Positions 8,730 to 17,980 of a DNA stretch of 64,000 nucleotides are shown here, one piece after another. This stretch comes from Myxococcota bacterium. Lineage in GTDB: Bacteria; Myxococcota_A; UBA9160; SZUA-336. The notes beneath the pieces were generated by a model. It was not told where the DNA came from, did not search any database, and worked only from the letters and a program-made list of their open reading frames with translations. Within the stretch, counting starts at the first letter, position 1. Every line of letters begins with the position of its first letter. The DNA lies in NCBI GenBank assembly GCA_046757685.1, contig JBHHYV010000002.1, positions 8,598 to 72,597 on the forward strand, written 5' to 3'. Both the position numbers and the translations under genes were made by a program.

Positions 8730-9541
8730 CGAGGTCCCGAGCGGCCGAGCCTGCGGTGGTCCAGCGCCGGCAGGTTGCGCCGGATCTCCCACAGCCGATC
8801 TCGATCCAGCTCCGCGACCGCGATCCCCTCGTCTCGGGCGAGGCTCGCGAGCACCTCTCCCCAGGGATCGACGATCAGCGAGTGCCCGTACGACGCGCGG
8901 CCGGGCGCGTGCTCCCCGACCTGGGCGGCCGCGAGCACGTAGCACTGGCTCTCGATCGCCCGCGCCCGCAGCAGCACCTCCCAGTGATCGCGGCCCGTCG
9001 GGATGGTGAAGGCGGAGGGCACGAGGAGTAGCGTGGCGCCCTGCGCAACCAGCTCTCGATAGAGCTCCGGAAAGCGCAGGTCGTAGCAGATCGAGAGGCC
9101 GAGGACCCAGTCTCCCACCTGCGCGGTGAGCACCTCGCGACCCGGCGCCACGTGTGTCGACTCGCAGAGCGTCACGCCCGGAAGGTCGACATCGAAGAGG
9201 TGCAGCTTGCGATAGACCGCGAGGAGTCGACCCTCGGAGTCCACCACCACCGACGTGTTGTACACGCGCTCCTCCCCCGGAATCGCCTCCGCAAAGCTCC
9301 CGCCCGCCAGCACGACCCCGTGGCGCTTGGCATGGTCCCGCAGAAAGCCGACCACCGGCCCCTCCAGGGGCTGCGCGGAGGGGTTCGGACCCGCGCTCTC
9401 GCCGGCGAGATACGCAAAGCTCTCCGGCAGCGCGACCAGCTCGGCGCCGGCTTCGGCCGCCTCGCCGATCCAGTGCGAGGCACGCGCCAGGTTGTCCTCG
9501 ACACCGTCGCCCGACGTCAGCTGGACAACCGCGACCCGCAT
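8726..9541 (-). CDS. Carbon-nitrogen hydrolase (nitrilase superfamily, Nit/omega-amidase-like)
   Basis: ORF 8726..9736 trimmed to ATG 9541 (MRVAVVQLTSGDG...). Catalytic E/K/C triad context (LVALPESF; ICYDLRFPEL). Confidence 0.85.
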   Translation of the reverse strand: MRVAVVQLTSGDGVEDNLARASHWIGEAAEAGAELVALPESFAYLAGESAGPNPSAQPLEGPVVGFLRDHAKRHGVVLAGGSFAEAIPGEERVYNTSVVVDSEGRLLAVYRKLHLFDVDLPGVTLCESTHVAPGREVLTAQVGDWVLGLSICYDLRFPELYRELVAQGATLLLVPSAFTIPTGRDHWEVLLRARAIESQCYVLAAAQVGEHAPGRASYGHSLIVDPWGEVLASLARDEGIAVAELDRDRLWEIRRNLPALDHRRLGRSGPR

Positions 9542-9593
9542 GGGCGAAAGAGTAGCAGCCGCGGTGCTGGGACCGCGGGATGGAGTGCGCGCG

Positions 9594-10865
9594 ATGCCAT
9601 GCCTCGAGGTCGATGTCTCGCGGAGCCGGATCCCGGCGAGCGAGCTCCGGCGCCTGCAGCCGCGGCTGCGCCGGGCATGGCGGGCGCTCGAGTCCGATCC
9701 CGCGGCCGGCTTCCTCGAGCTGCCCTCGCGCGTCACGCCCCTGCGCCAGCTGCGCGCGGCGGCCCGCGACCTCGCCGGGTTTCGCGACGGAGTCCAGCTG
9801 GGAATCGGAGGCAGCTCGCTCGGCGCCCAGGCGATCTACCGCGCACTCTCGTCGAGTGCCTCGAGCCCCGGAGTGCGGCTGCACTTCGCCGACAACGTGG
9901 ACCCACAGAGCTTTGGCGCGCTGCTCGATTCACTCTCTCCGCGGCGCACGCTCGTGCACGTCGTGAGCAAGTCGGGCGGGACCCTCGAGACGCTGGCCCA
10001 GCTACGCGCGCTGCTCCGGAACTTCAGCGCTCGCGATCCCCACTTTCGGATCCGGCGTCGGGCGATCGTGACGACCGGGGCCAGCGGTCCCCTGCGCGAG
10101 TTCGCGAGGCGCGAGGGCCTGCGAACCCTCGACTTTCCCGAGGACGTGGGGGGACGCTTCTCGGCACTGACGCCCAGCGGCCTGCTGCTCCCGGTCCTCG
10201 TCGGAATCCCGGTCCAGCGCATCCTCCGCGGCGCGCGGGACATGCGAGCGCGCTGCGCCGACGCTCCCGGCGCCGGCCCGGCCGGAGCGCTCGCGGCGCT
10301 CGGCTGGCTTCACGACCAGCGCCACCACAGGCCCATTCACGTGCAGTGGATCTACTCCGATGCCCTGCTCCCGATGGGCGAGTGGTTCCGCCAGCTCTGG
10401 GCCGAGAGCTTGGGCAAGGGGGGCCGCGGACCCACACCCATCGTCGCGCGAGGCACCACCGACCAGCACTCCCAGCTGCAGCTGCATGCGCAGGGTCCCG
10501 ACGACAAGCTCTACACGGTCCTGCGCGTGGCGCGGCGCACCCGACGAGTCCCGCTCGGCCCCGACCCGGGACTGATGGACGTCGGGGTGCGGGACCTCGG
10601 AGAGATCTTCGACGCGGAGGCCGGCGGAACCGTCGAGGCGCTCGTGGGAGCCGGTCGCCCGGTGGTCCAGCTCTGGCTCGAGCGGGTCTCTCCGGAAGGG
10701 CTCGGAGAGCTCCTGATGCTGCAGCAGCTGCAGACGGCCCTGGCCGGCGCCCTCTACGAGGTGGATCCCTTCGACCAGCCGGGTGTCGAGCTGGGCAAGC
10801 GCGCCGCCCTGAAGATCCTGCGCAAGGGCGCGGGCCGAGGGGCTAGCGGAAGTCCTGGGGCTTGA
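9594..10865 (+). CDS. pgi: Glucose-6-phosphate isomerase (short bacterial/archaeal-type PGI)
   Basis: In-frame ATG 9594 in ORF 9255..10865. Motifs GIGGSSLG, VSKSGGTLET and FDQPGVELGK. Confidence 0.85.
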   Translation: MPCLEVDVSRSRIPASELRRLQPRLRRAWRALESDPAAGFLELPSRVTPLRQLRAAARDLAGFRDGVQLGIGGSSLGAQAIYRALSSSASSPGVRLHFADNVDPQSFGALLDSLSPRRTLVHVVSKSGGTLETLAQLRALLRNFSARDPHFRIRRRAIVTTGASGPLREFARREGLRTLDFPEDVGGRFSALTPSGLLLPVLVGIPVQRILRGARDMRARCADAPGAGPAGALAALGWLHDQRHHRPIHVQWIYSDALLPMGEWFRQLWAESLGKGGRGPTPIVARGTTDQHSQLQLHAQGPDDKLYTVLRVARRTRRVPLGPDPGLMDVGVRDLGEIFDAEAGGTVEALVGAGRPVVQLWLERVSPEGLGELLMLQQLQTALAGALYEVDPFDQPGVELGKRAALKILRKGAGRGASGSPGA

Positions 10866-11823
10866 TCGAGTTGCGCCGCATCACGTCGTAGAAGTCCTTG
10901 CGGTCCTTCCGGGCGATGCGAGCGGCGCGGCTGATGTTACCCCGACACAGCCGCAGAAGGCGCGTGACGTACTCCCTCTCGAACGCTCGCTTGGCATCGC
11001 GGAAGGGGGGAACGGACGCATCCGAGTCCCACCCGAGCACCAGGTCCTCGAGCGCGATCTCGTTGCCCTTGGCCAGGTGCAGCGCGGCGCGGATCTGCTC
11101 GCGCAGCTCGCGTTCGTTGCCCGGCCAGCCGTAGGTGACGAGCCGCTCGATGGCCGCCGGCGAGAAGCCCCGCACGTTCGAGACCTGACCGGGCTCGCGC
11201 TCGATCTCGGCGCGCGCCAGGGCGAGCGCCTCGGCCGCCAGCGGCACGATGTCCTCGGGACGCTCCCGGAGCGGGGGCAGGACGATCTCGAGCAGCCCGA
11301 AGCGCTCGGCGAGCGGGCCGATCAGGTTCGGATCGCCCGCCGCGGCCTCGAGCCGAGTGCGGCCGGAGCCGATCAAGCGGCACTCGAAGGGCAGGGAGTC
11401 CTCCGCGCCGATCGGCCGGAAGTGCCCCTCCCCCAGGGCGACCGCGATGGTCTGCTGGACATCCTTGGGAACCGACTTCAGGTCCTCGACCAGGACCGTT
11501 CCGCCCGCGCAGCGCTCGAAGGCACCCGTGTAGCTGGCCGGCAGGGCGGGAATGGCGCCCTCCGCCGCGCCGAGCAGCTCGCGCCCCACGAGGGCGGGGG
11601 GGATGACTCCGGCGTCGAGCGCGAAGAAGCGCCCTCGGCTCCAGTCGCTCTCGGCGTGGATTCGCTGGGCCACGCGCTCCCGATCTGCGCCATCCTCACC
11701 CTGGATCCAGATCGGAAAGCGGCCCCGAGCGGCCACCGCGATCTGCTCCCGGGCGGTCTGGATCGCTCGGCTGGCGCCGATCAGCCGGGCCGGCATTCCC
11801 GTACGCTCATCGAGATTGGACAC
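10843..11823 (-). CDS. Sigma-54 activator-like (bEBP-type AAA+ plus Fis-type HTH) regulator with degenerate ATPase motifs
   Basis: ORF 10843..11823. AAA+ sigma-54-interaction domain recognisable (GGTVLVEDL...LPPLRERPEDIVPLA), but Walker A is GEDGADRE instead of GESGTGKE and the GAFTGA loop is replaced. C-terminal HTH RLCRGNISRAARIARKDRKDFYDVM. Start GTG 11823 or ATG 11796. Confidence 0.7.
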   Translation of the reverse strand: MSNLDERTGMPARLIGASRAIQTAREQIAVAARGRFPIWIQGEDGADRERVAQRIHAESDWSRGRFFALDAGVIPPALVGRELLGAAEGAIPALPASYTGAFERCAGGTVLVEDLKSVPKDVQQTIAVALGEGHFRPIGAEDSLPFECRLIGSGRTRLEAAAGDPNLIGPLAERFGLLEIVLPPLRERPEDIVPLAAEALALARAEIEREPGQVSNVRGFSPAAIERLVTYGWPGNERELREQIRAALHLAKGNEIALEDLVLGWDSDASVPPFRDAKRAFEREYVTRLLRLCRGNISRAARIARKDRKDFYDVMRRNSIKPQDFR

Positions 11824-12035
11824 TTCTCCCTCCTCTGGAGTAGCGCCCCGACCCCCGGAGTTCCAGGACGTACGAATGAGGGTCGATCAACCCAGTGCGC
11901 CCCCCAGGCAAAAAGTGGCGCACCTGCTTGGAATGTCAATAGAAAAGGACTGGTCGGGCCGATTTCCGCTCCCCCGTGCTAGGCTCCGGTGTGCGGGCTC
12001 CTCCCCCGGGGTGCGCCTTCCTCCAGCGAGACCCG

Positions 12036-13802
12036 ATGCCCCGAATCCGAGTGCTCCCCGACGATCTCGTCAACCAGATCGCCGCGGGCGAGGTGGTCGA
12101 GCGACCTGCCTCGGTCGTCAAAGAGCTGGTGGAGAACTCCCTCGATGCGGGCGCCACCCGGATCGAGGTCGCGATCCGCGACGGCGGGATCCGCTCGATC
12201 CGCGTCGCCGACGACGGGATCGGCATGTCGGCACCCGACGCCGCGCTCGCCTTCGAGCGCCATGCCACCAGCAAGCTTCGAGGCGCCGAGGAGCTGGGCG
12301 CGATCTCGAGCCTCGGGTTTCGCGGTGAGGCGCTCCCCAGCATCGCCAGCGTGGCGCGCGTGCGGCTCCAGACGCGCGTCGCCACGGAGCCTCTCGGCGT
12401 CGAGATCGTGGGGGAGGGCAGGGGAGTCGGGCCGCCCCGCCCCCTCGCCACTCCGCCGGGGACGCGGATCGAGGTCGCCGAGCTCTTCGAGCGGGTCCCC
12501 GCGCGTCGGAAGTTCCTGCGCACGCGAGCCACCGAGGCTCGCCACGTCGCGCTGTGGCTCGAGCGCATGGCTCTCGCGCGGCCCGACGTTCACTTCCACT
12601 TCGAGCGAGACGGACGCTCGGTGCTGGCTCTCTACCCGACGGCCGATCCGCGCGAACGCACGATCGCGGTCCTGCCGCCCGGTATCGGAGAGACCCTGAT
12701 CCCGATCGAGGCGGCGGCCTCGGGCCTGCGCGTCTCGGGCTTCGCCTCGCCTCCCCACCTGACCCGCGGAAGCCCGGGCGAGATCCATCTCTACGTCAAC
12801 GGCCGCCCGGTACGCGATCGCCTGCTGCTGCACGCCGTGCGCGACGCCTACCGCAACGCGCTGCCCCCCGGGCGTCATCCCATCGTCGTGCTCTTTCTCG
12901 CGGCACCCCGCGGGGAGGTCGACGTCAACGTGCACCCGGCCAAGTGGGAGGTGCGCTTTCGCGACTTCAGCGTGGTGCGCGCGCTGGTGCGGGGCGCCCT
13001 TGGAGGCGCGTTGCAGCTCGGGCCCCCGGCACCGCGGCGCCCGCTGCCCGCGCCCGACGCCCTCCTTCCTTCGCGCGAGGGCCCAGGCGACTGGAGCCTT
13101 CTCGGGGAGCCTGGAGCTGCGGCTCGCATCGAGCGGCCGGCAGATCGGGGCGAGGGGAGGCCGCCGCTCGAGTTCGCGCGGCTGCGCTTCGTCGGACAGC
13201 TGCTCCACAGCTACCTGGTCTGCGAAGGCGAGCGCGCGCTCGTCATCCTCGATCTTCACGCCGCACACGAACGCGTGCTCTTCGAGCGGATGCGGCGGAG
13301 TGTTGTGTCCGACAAGCTCGAGCGCCAGGCCCTGCTGCTGCCTCTGCAGGTTCCCCTGGCTCCGCGCGGAGCCGAGGCGCTGATGTCGGCACGCGCCGCG
13401 CTGGATCGAGCGGGCTTCGAGCTGGAGGCCCGCCCCCCGGACGCACGCGGCCGGGTGCCCGTCGTGCTCCGTAGCGTGCCGACCCTGCTCTCCCGGGACA
13501 CGGGCTCTACCTCGGCGCGAGAGCCCGACTGGGGCGCCATGCTCGAGGAGACGGCCGCGGTCCTCGCCAGCCCGGAGCCCGACGAGTCGCGCGACGGGAT
13601 CGAGCGCGCGTTGCACCGAGCGCTCTCGACGGCCGCTTGCCACGCGGCGGCCCGGAGCGGCGACCGACTCGACCCACGTGCGGTGGCGGCGCTCCTCGAG
13701 TCGCTCGACCAGGAGATCTGGGTTCCGACCTGTCCCCACGGTCGGCCTCTCGTCTGCGTGCTCGATCGGGCCGAGCTTGGGCGACACTTCCTGCGCCGGT
13801 AG
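12036..13802 (+). CDS. mutL: DNA mismatch repair protein MutL
   Basis: ATG 12036 in ORF 11976..13802. GHKL ATPase motifs (ELVENSLDAGA; DDGIGM) and a C-terminal dimerisation domain. Confidence 0.9.
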   Translation: MPRIRVLPDDLVNQIAAGEVVERPASVVKELVENSLDAGATRIEVAIRDGGIRSIRVADDGIGMSAPDAALAFERHATSKLRGAEELGAISSLGFRGEALPSIASVARVRLQTRVATEPLGVEIVGEGRGVGPPRPLATPPGTRIEVAELFERVPARRKFLRTRATEARHVALWLERMALARPDVHFHFERDGRSVLALYPTADPRERTIAVLPPGIGETLIPIEAAASGLRVSGFASPPHLTRGSPGEIHLYVNGRPVRDRLLLHAVRDAYRNALPPGRHPIVVLFLAAPRGEVDVNVHPAKWEVRFRDFSVVRALVRGALGGALQLGPPAPRRPLPAPDALLPSREGPGDWSLLGEPGAAARIERPADRGEGRPPLEFARLRFVGQLLHSYLVCEGERALVILDLHAAHERVLFERMRRSVVSDKLERQALLLPLQVPLAPRGAEALMSARAALDRAGFELEARPPDARGRVPVVLRSVPTLLSRDTGSTSAREPDWGAMLEETAAVLASPEPDESRDGIERALHRALSTAACHAAARSGDRLDPRAVAALLESLDQEIWVPTCPHGRPLVCVLDRAELGRHFLRR

Positions 13803-13807
13803 CCGTC

Positions 13808-14728
13808 GTGCGTCCCCGCGTCCTGGCCCTGGTCGGCCTCACCGGCACCGGAAAGAGCGAGATCGCCTGCGAGATCGCACGGCGGGTGACGGGCGAGATC
13901 CTGAGCGCGGACTCGATGCAGGTCTACCGCGGGATGGACATCGGCACCGCAAAGCCCTCTCGCACCCTGCGGCGCGAGATTCCACACCACGGGATCGACC
14001 TGGTCGATCCAGACGAGGCCATGTCGGCCGGGGCCTGGGCCACCCATGCGCGCGCCGCGGCCCACTCGGCCCACGCGAGGGGGCACCCGGTGATCCTGTG
14101 CGGCGGAACGGGCCTCTACGCGCGGGCCTTCGCCGGGGGGCTGGTCCCCGGGGTCGAGGCCGACCCCCGGGTTCGCTCGGAGCTGGCCGGCCGGACCCTC
14201 GAGGACCTCCGCTCCGAGCTCGAGAAGATCGACCCCCTCGCAGCGCAGCGCATCCATCCGCACGACCGGGTGCGCACCGAGCGCGCGATCGAGGTCACGC
14301 GGCGAGTGGGAAGAGCCGTCTCTCGACAGCGCGCCGAGCACGCGTTCGGCGACTCTCCCTTCGAGGTGCGCTGGTGTGGGCTCGCTCTACCCCGCGAGCG
14401 GCTGTGGCCGCGCCTCCGGGCACGCGTCGACGAGATGTTCGGCCGCGGGTGGGTCGACGAGGTCCGTGCGCTCGCCGGCGCGGGATACGGGCCCGAGCTT
14501 CCCGCGCTCCGGTCGATCGGATACCGCGAGATCCACGAGCTGCTCGCGGGCCGGCGCTCCGAGGCAGAGACCCGCGAGGCCATCTGGGTTGCCACGCGTC
14601 GCTACGCCAAGCGCCAGCGCACCTGGTTTCGCGCGCAGCCGGGGCTTCGCTGGATCGATGCCGAGGACCCGGGTCCCCTGGTCGAGTGGGCGAGCCGCTG
14701 GCTCAGCGGCGAGGAGGGCCGGGGCTAG
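13808..14728 (+). CDS. miaA: tRNA dimethylallyltransferase MiaA
   Basis: GTG 13808, 5 nt after the mutL stop. P-loop GLTGTGKSE; DSMQVYRGMDIGTAKP. Conserved mutL-miaA synteny. Confidence 0.9.
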   Translation: MRPRVLALVGLTGTGKSEIACEIARRVTGEILSADSMQVYRGMDIGTAKPSRTLRREIPHHGIDLVDPDEAMSAGAWATHARAAAHSAHARGHPVILCGGTGLYARAFAGGLVPGVEADPRVRSELAGRTLEDLRSELEKIDPLAAQRIHPHDRVRTERAIEVTRRVGRAVSRQRAEHAFGDSPFEVRWCGLALPRERLWPRLRARVDEMFGRGWVDEVRALAGAGYGPELPALRSIGYREIHELLAGRRSEAETREAIWVATRRYAKRQRTWFRAQPGLRWIDAEDPGPLVEWASRWLSGEEGRG

Positions 14729-15186
14729 AAGTTGAGCGAGTTCCAGTGGGCCCCGATGCGAATCGGGCAGGGCCCCACGTCCTCGCTGTACTCGAGCCAG
14801 GTATCGTTGATCGTCGGGAAGAGCGGCTTGGGTGGCTCGTCTCGGAAGAAGGTGATCAGACCGGGCACGACCTCGAAGGTGCCCGAGATGAGCCGGAAGA
14901 GGGCGCCCCCGACCTGCATGCCGTGCAGGAAGAAGATCCCGGGCACGAACCCCGCCGAGAGGGCCAGCCAGTGGTCCTCGTAGTCCGTGAGCCCGATCCT
15001 CATGTCGCCATAGACGATGTAGGGCGCCAGGATGACATCGGTCGGGGCGAGCGCGACGGTACTGATCGCTCGGCAGAGTTGACCGCCGAAGGCGCGTGCG
15101 CGATCCGGTGTCAGGGCGACCAGAAGGGCAACCAGCAACGTGAGCACAAGCGCCCGTGAACCCAGACGCGCCATCCGTGGTGCCAT
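14725..15186 (-). CDS. Hypothetical secreted protein (153 aa)
   Basis: 3' tail of the antisense-dominated ORF 14725..16719. ATG 15186 with GGGAGG 8 nt upstream. Signal peptide MAPRMARLGSRALVLTLLVALLVALTPDRARA. Converges on miaA with a 4-nt overlap. Confidence 0.55.
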   Translation of the reverse strand: MAPRMARLGSRALVLTLLVALLVALTPDRARAFGGQLCRAISTVALAPTDVILAPYIVYGDMRIGLTDYEDHWLALSAGFVPGIFFLHGMQVGGALFRLISGTFEVVPGLITFFRDEPPKPLFPTINDTWLEYSEDVGPCPIRIGAHWNSLNF

Positions 15187-15279
15187 CGACGAGACCTCCC
15201 CGTGAACTCCTGCAAAGGGAGTGGCAGCGTGAACGAAAAGGGTAACGCTGTCAACCGGTTGGACCGCTCGGAGGGGGCC

Positions 15280-16641
15280 ATGCCCGAGGTCGCATTGGTG
15301 GGGCGTGCAAACGTCGGCAAGTCCACCCTCTTCAATCGCCTGTTGCGCATGCGGCGCGCCCTGGTCGAAGATCGGCCGGGCGTCACGCGCGATCGCGTCG
15401 CCGTGACCTGCGAGATCGAGGGTCGCCCGGTCCGCCTGGTCGACACGGGGGGCCTCGACCCGCGCGCGAAGGCCGGGATTCCCGCGGCGGTGGCGGCCCA
15501 GGCGCGCCGCGCGGTGCACTCGGCGCGCGTGATCCTGCTCGTGGTCGACGCCCGGGAGGGGCTGCTGCCACTCGACTCGGAGATCGCCGACGAGCTGCGG
15601 CGCTCGGCCTCGCGCGTGATCGTGGTCGCCAACAAGGCCGACCGGCCCTCGCTCGAGATCGATGCCGGCGAGTTCCACGCCCTCGGCTTCGAGACCGTGG
15701 TCCCGGTCTCGGCGGAGCACCGGCGGGGGATCGTGGATCTCGAGATCGAGATCGCCGAGCGCCTGCCCCCCCGGGGGGCCTCGACACGGGACGAGGGCTC
15801 CGCGGAGACCGATTCCGGCCGCGCTCCCACACCCCGGCTCGCGATCATCGGGCGGCCCAACGTCGGCAAGTCGTCCCTCGTCAACCGTCTGCTGGGGACC
15901 GAGGACGCGGTGGTCTCCAGCCAGCCGGGCACGACGCGCGACGCCACCGACCGCAAGCTGCAGGTCGGAGGCCGGGAGGTCTGGCTCGTCGATACGGCGG
16001 GTCTGCGCCGGCAGGGGCGCCGCGAGGACCGCGTGGAGCGGGGCAGCGCGCTCTATGCGCTGCGCGCCATCGAGCGCTGCGATGTCGCGATCCTGCTGCT
16101 CGATGCGGCGGAGGGAGTCACGGATCAAGACGCCAAGATCGCCCGCCTGGCACTCGATTGCGGGAGACCGCTCGTGCTTGGCTTGAACAAATGGGACCTG
16201 CTCGACCCCTCGGAGGTCGCGCGTGTGAGCGGGCAGCTCGAGCGCCGCCTGCGCTTCGTCCGCGACCCGAGGGTGGTGCGCATGAGCGCGAGGACGGGCC
16301 TGGGGACACGCCGCCTGCTCCGCGCGGCGCTCGAGGTCCACGACTCCCAGCGCCGCCAGGTTGCGACGGCGGAGCTCAATCGCGTGATCCAGCAGGCCAT
16401 GGAGCGCAACGCGCCGCCGAGCCGAGGGCACCGGCGCGGGCGGCTGCTCTATGCGACCCAGGTCTCGGATCGACCCTTCACCGTGCTGTGCTTCGTGAAC
16501 GATCCCGAGCTCTTCTCCCGGGAGTATCGACGCTATCTCGAGTCTCGACTGCGGGAGGCCTTTGGACTGGGAGTGGCGCCCGCGCGCGTGCGTCTGCGAC
16601 GGCGCACGGCTCGCGATCGCGACGCCGCGGAGACTCGTTAG
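15280..16641 (+). CDS. der: Ribosome biogenesis GTPase Der (EngA), tandem GTPase domains
   Basis: ATG 15280 after GGAGGGGG. Two G-domains (GRANVGKST / GRPNVGKSS; DTGG / DTAG; NKAD / NKWD) and a KH-like C-terminus. Confidence 0.9.
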   Translation: MPEVALVGRANVGKSTLFNRLLRMRRALVEDRPGVTRDRVAVTCEIEGRPVRLVDTGGLDPRAKAGIPAAVAAQARRAVHSARVILLVVDAREGLLPLDSEIADELRRSASRVIVVANKADRPSLEIDAGEFHALGFETVVPVSAEHRRGIVDLEIEIAERLPPRGASTRDEGSAETDSGRAPTPRLAIIGRPNVGKSSLVNRLLGTEDAVVSSQPGTTRDATDRKLQVGGREVWLVDTAGLRRQGRREDRVERGSALYALRAIERCDVAILLLDAAEGVTDQDAKIARLALDCGRPLVLGLNKWDLLDPSEVARVSGQLERRLRFVRDPRVVRMSARTGLGTRRLLRAALEVHDSQRRQVATAELNRVIQQAMERNAPPSRGHRRGRLLYATQVSDRPFTVLCFVNDPELFSREYRRYLESRLREAFGLGVAPARVRLRRRTARDRDAAETR

Positions 16642-16709
16642 AATCGCGCAGCCCGGCGCCTTGGGCGCGGGACGGGCTCGTGGCCCCGCGGGCGCGGAAG
16701 GGGAGACAG

Positions 16710-17489
16710 ATGACGGCATCGCGTCGCGACTCGTCGGAGGGCACGCTCGACCGGATCGAGTCGGCCGCGGAGCAGGTCTTCAGCTGGATCGACGACCACC
16801 GTCGCGAGGTCCTCGGAGCGATCGTGGTCTTCATCGTGGTCGGCCTTGCGACGGCGGGCGCCTTCGAGTGGATGCAGCGGCGCGAGGACGCGGCCCAGCT
16901 GGCGCTGAGCCAGGTCGAGCGGACCTTCGCCCGCAGCATGGGCGGTGACCCGGCCCTGGTAGCGCCCCCCGAGCCCGCGAATGCCGCCCAGGCGCGCCGC
17001 GCCCGCGAGACGGCGCTCGCGGGCTACCAGAAGGTCATCCAGGAGCATGCCGGCTCCCGAGCCTCCCAGGTCGCGGGGCTTCGGGCGGCCGCCGTCGAGG
17101 CGGACCTGGGGCAGCGCGACGCCGCGGCGACCCGGCTTCGGGCGCTGGTCGAGCAGCTCGACCCGGACGATGCCCTGCGGGCTCTGGCGCTCACCGAGCT
17201 GGGCTGGGTCGAGGAGCTCCGCGAAGATCCGCGGGCTGCGGCGGAGAGCTATGCGGAGGCCGCTCGCGTTCCGGGCAATCCCGACCCGGCATCCGACTGG
17301 CTGCGCGCCGGCCGCTCCTACGAGCGCGCGGGCGCCAGGGACCAGGCCGTCCTGGCGTACCAGGAGCTGCTCTCCGCCGATCCCGAGCTCGGAGAGCGCG
17401 AGCGGGTGAGCGATCGGATCTCGGCGCTCGAGGCGACCTCCCCGACCCCGCCCGCAAAAACTTCCGATAAGAAGCATTCTGTTAAATAG
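16710..17489 (+). CDS. Membrane-anchored TPR-like protein (YfgM/UPF0070-like)
   Basis: ATG 16710 in ORF 16158..17489. Short cytoplasmic N-terminus, one TM helix (VLGAIVVFIVVGLATAGAF), then an Ala/Leu-rich helical-repeat periplasmic domain. Lies immediately downstream of der. Confidence 0.55.
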   Translation: MTASRRDSSEGTLDRIESAAEQVFSWIDDHRREVLGAIVVFIVVGLATAGAFEWMQRREDAAQLALSQVERTFARSMGGDPALVAPPEPANAAQARRARETALAGYQKVIQEHAGSRASQVAGLRAAAVEADLGQRDAAATRLRALVEQLDPDDALRALALTELGWVEELREDPRAAAESYAEAARVPGNPDPASDWLRAGRSYERAGARDQAVLAYQELLSADPELGERERVSDRISALEATSPTPPAKTSDKKHSVK

Positions 17490-17549
17490 AATGCCTCTTC
17501 GTCCGGGTCCGCTCCCGCCCCCCCTCCGGCGACCCGGGGCGAAGCGACC

Positions 17550-17972
17550 CTACAGGCGAAGGGCTCGCCGCAGGATTCGTTGCCACTCGCGGTCGAGCCC
17601 GGCGCGACGGATCTCGAGCTCCTTCTCGAGACCCTCGATCCGGGCCTGCTCCTCGAGCGCCTCTCCATGCTGGGCGCGCCACCTCGAGTGGGCGTGCTGG
17701 AAGCGGTCGAAGGCGCGCGCCTTGCCCCCCAGGTCGGACGGGTCCTCCCGCGAGAGGAGCGCCACTCCATCGGGAACCGACGCCGAGCTTCGCTGCAGCC
17801 GGGCCGCCTCTCCGCGGCGCGCCTGGAGGAGCAGCTCGATCTGCTCCACGGAGTAGCTCGCGAAGGGCCGGAACTCGAGATCCCGGTCCAGGTAGGCGTT
17901 CCTCTGGTAGTTCCAGTAGCCGCCCGCGCCCAGGCAGGCCGCGAGGAGCGCCACGAGCTTGAGGCTCCGCAT
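17550..17972 (-). CDS. Hypothetical lipoprotein
   Basis: ORF 17550..17972. Signal peptide and lipobox MRSLKLVALLAACLG. Directly downstream of, and co-directional with, slt. Confidence 0.5.
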   Translation of the reverse strand: MRSLKLVALLAACLGAGGYWNYQRNAYLDRDLEFRPFASYSVEQIELLLQARRGEAARLQRSSASVPDGVALLSREDPSDLGGKARAFDRFQHAHSRWRAQHGEALEEQARIEGLEKELEIRRAGLDREWQRILRRALRL

Positions 17973-17980
17973 CGCTGCCT

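Noticed and set aside
9540-9542. Upstream ATG as the pgi start (MGERVAAAVLGPRDGVRAMPCLEVD...)
   Set aside because: It would overlap the divergent nitrilase start codon by 2 nt and leave no promoter space. ATG 9594 was chosen instead.
8217-9884. Upstream part of the 626-aa minus ORF 8004..9884
   Set aside because: Antisense to the FHA and nitrilase genes with junk composition. Only the 3' 213 nt (8004-8216), which lie in an otherwise non-coding gap, were kept as a candidate small gene.
11911-11930. Sigma-54 promoter-like TGGCGC...GC element in the mutL/EBP divergent region
   Set aside because: The GG-to-GC spacing is about 9 nt instead of the required 12, so it does not fit the -24/-12 geometry.
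15187-16719. Upstream part of the 664-aa minus ORF 14725..16719
   Set aside because: Fully antisense to der, a strong GTPase call. Only the 3' 462 nt were retained as a secreted-protein gene.
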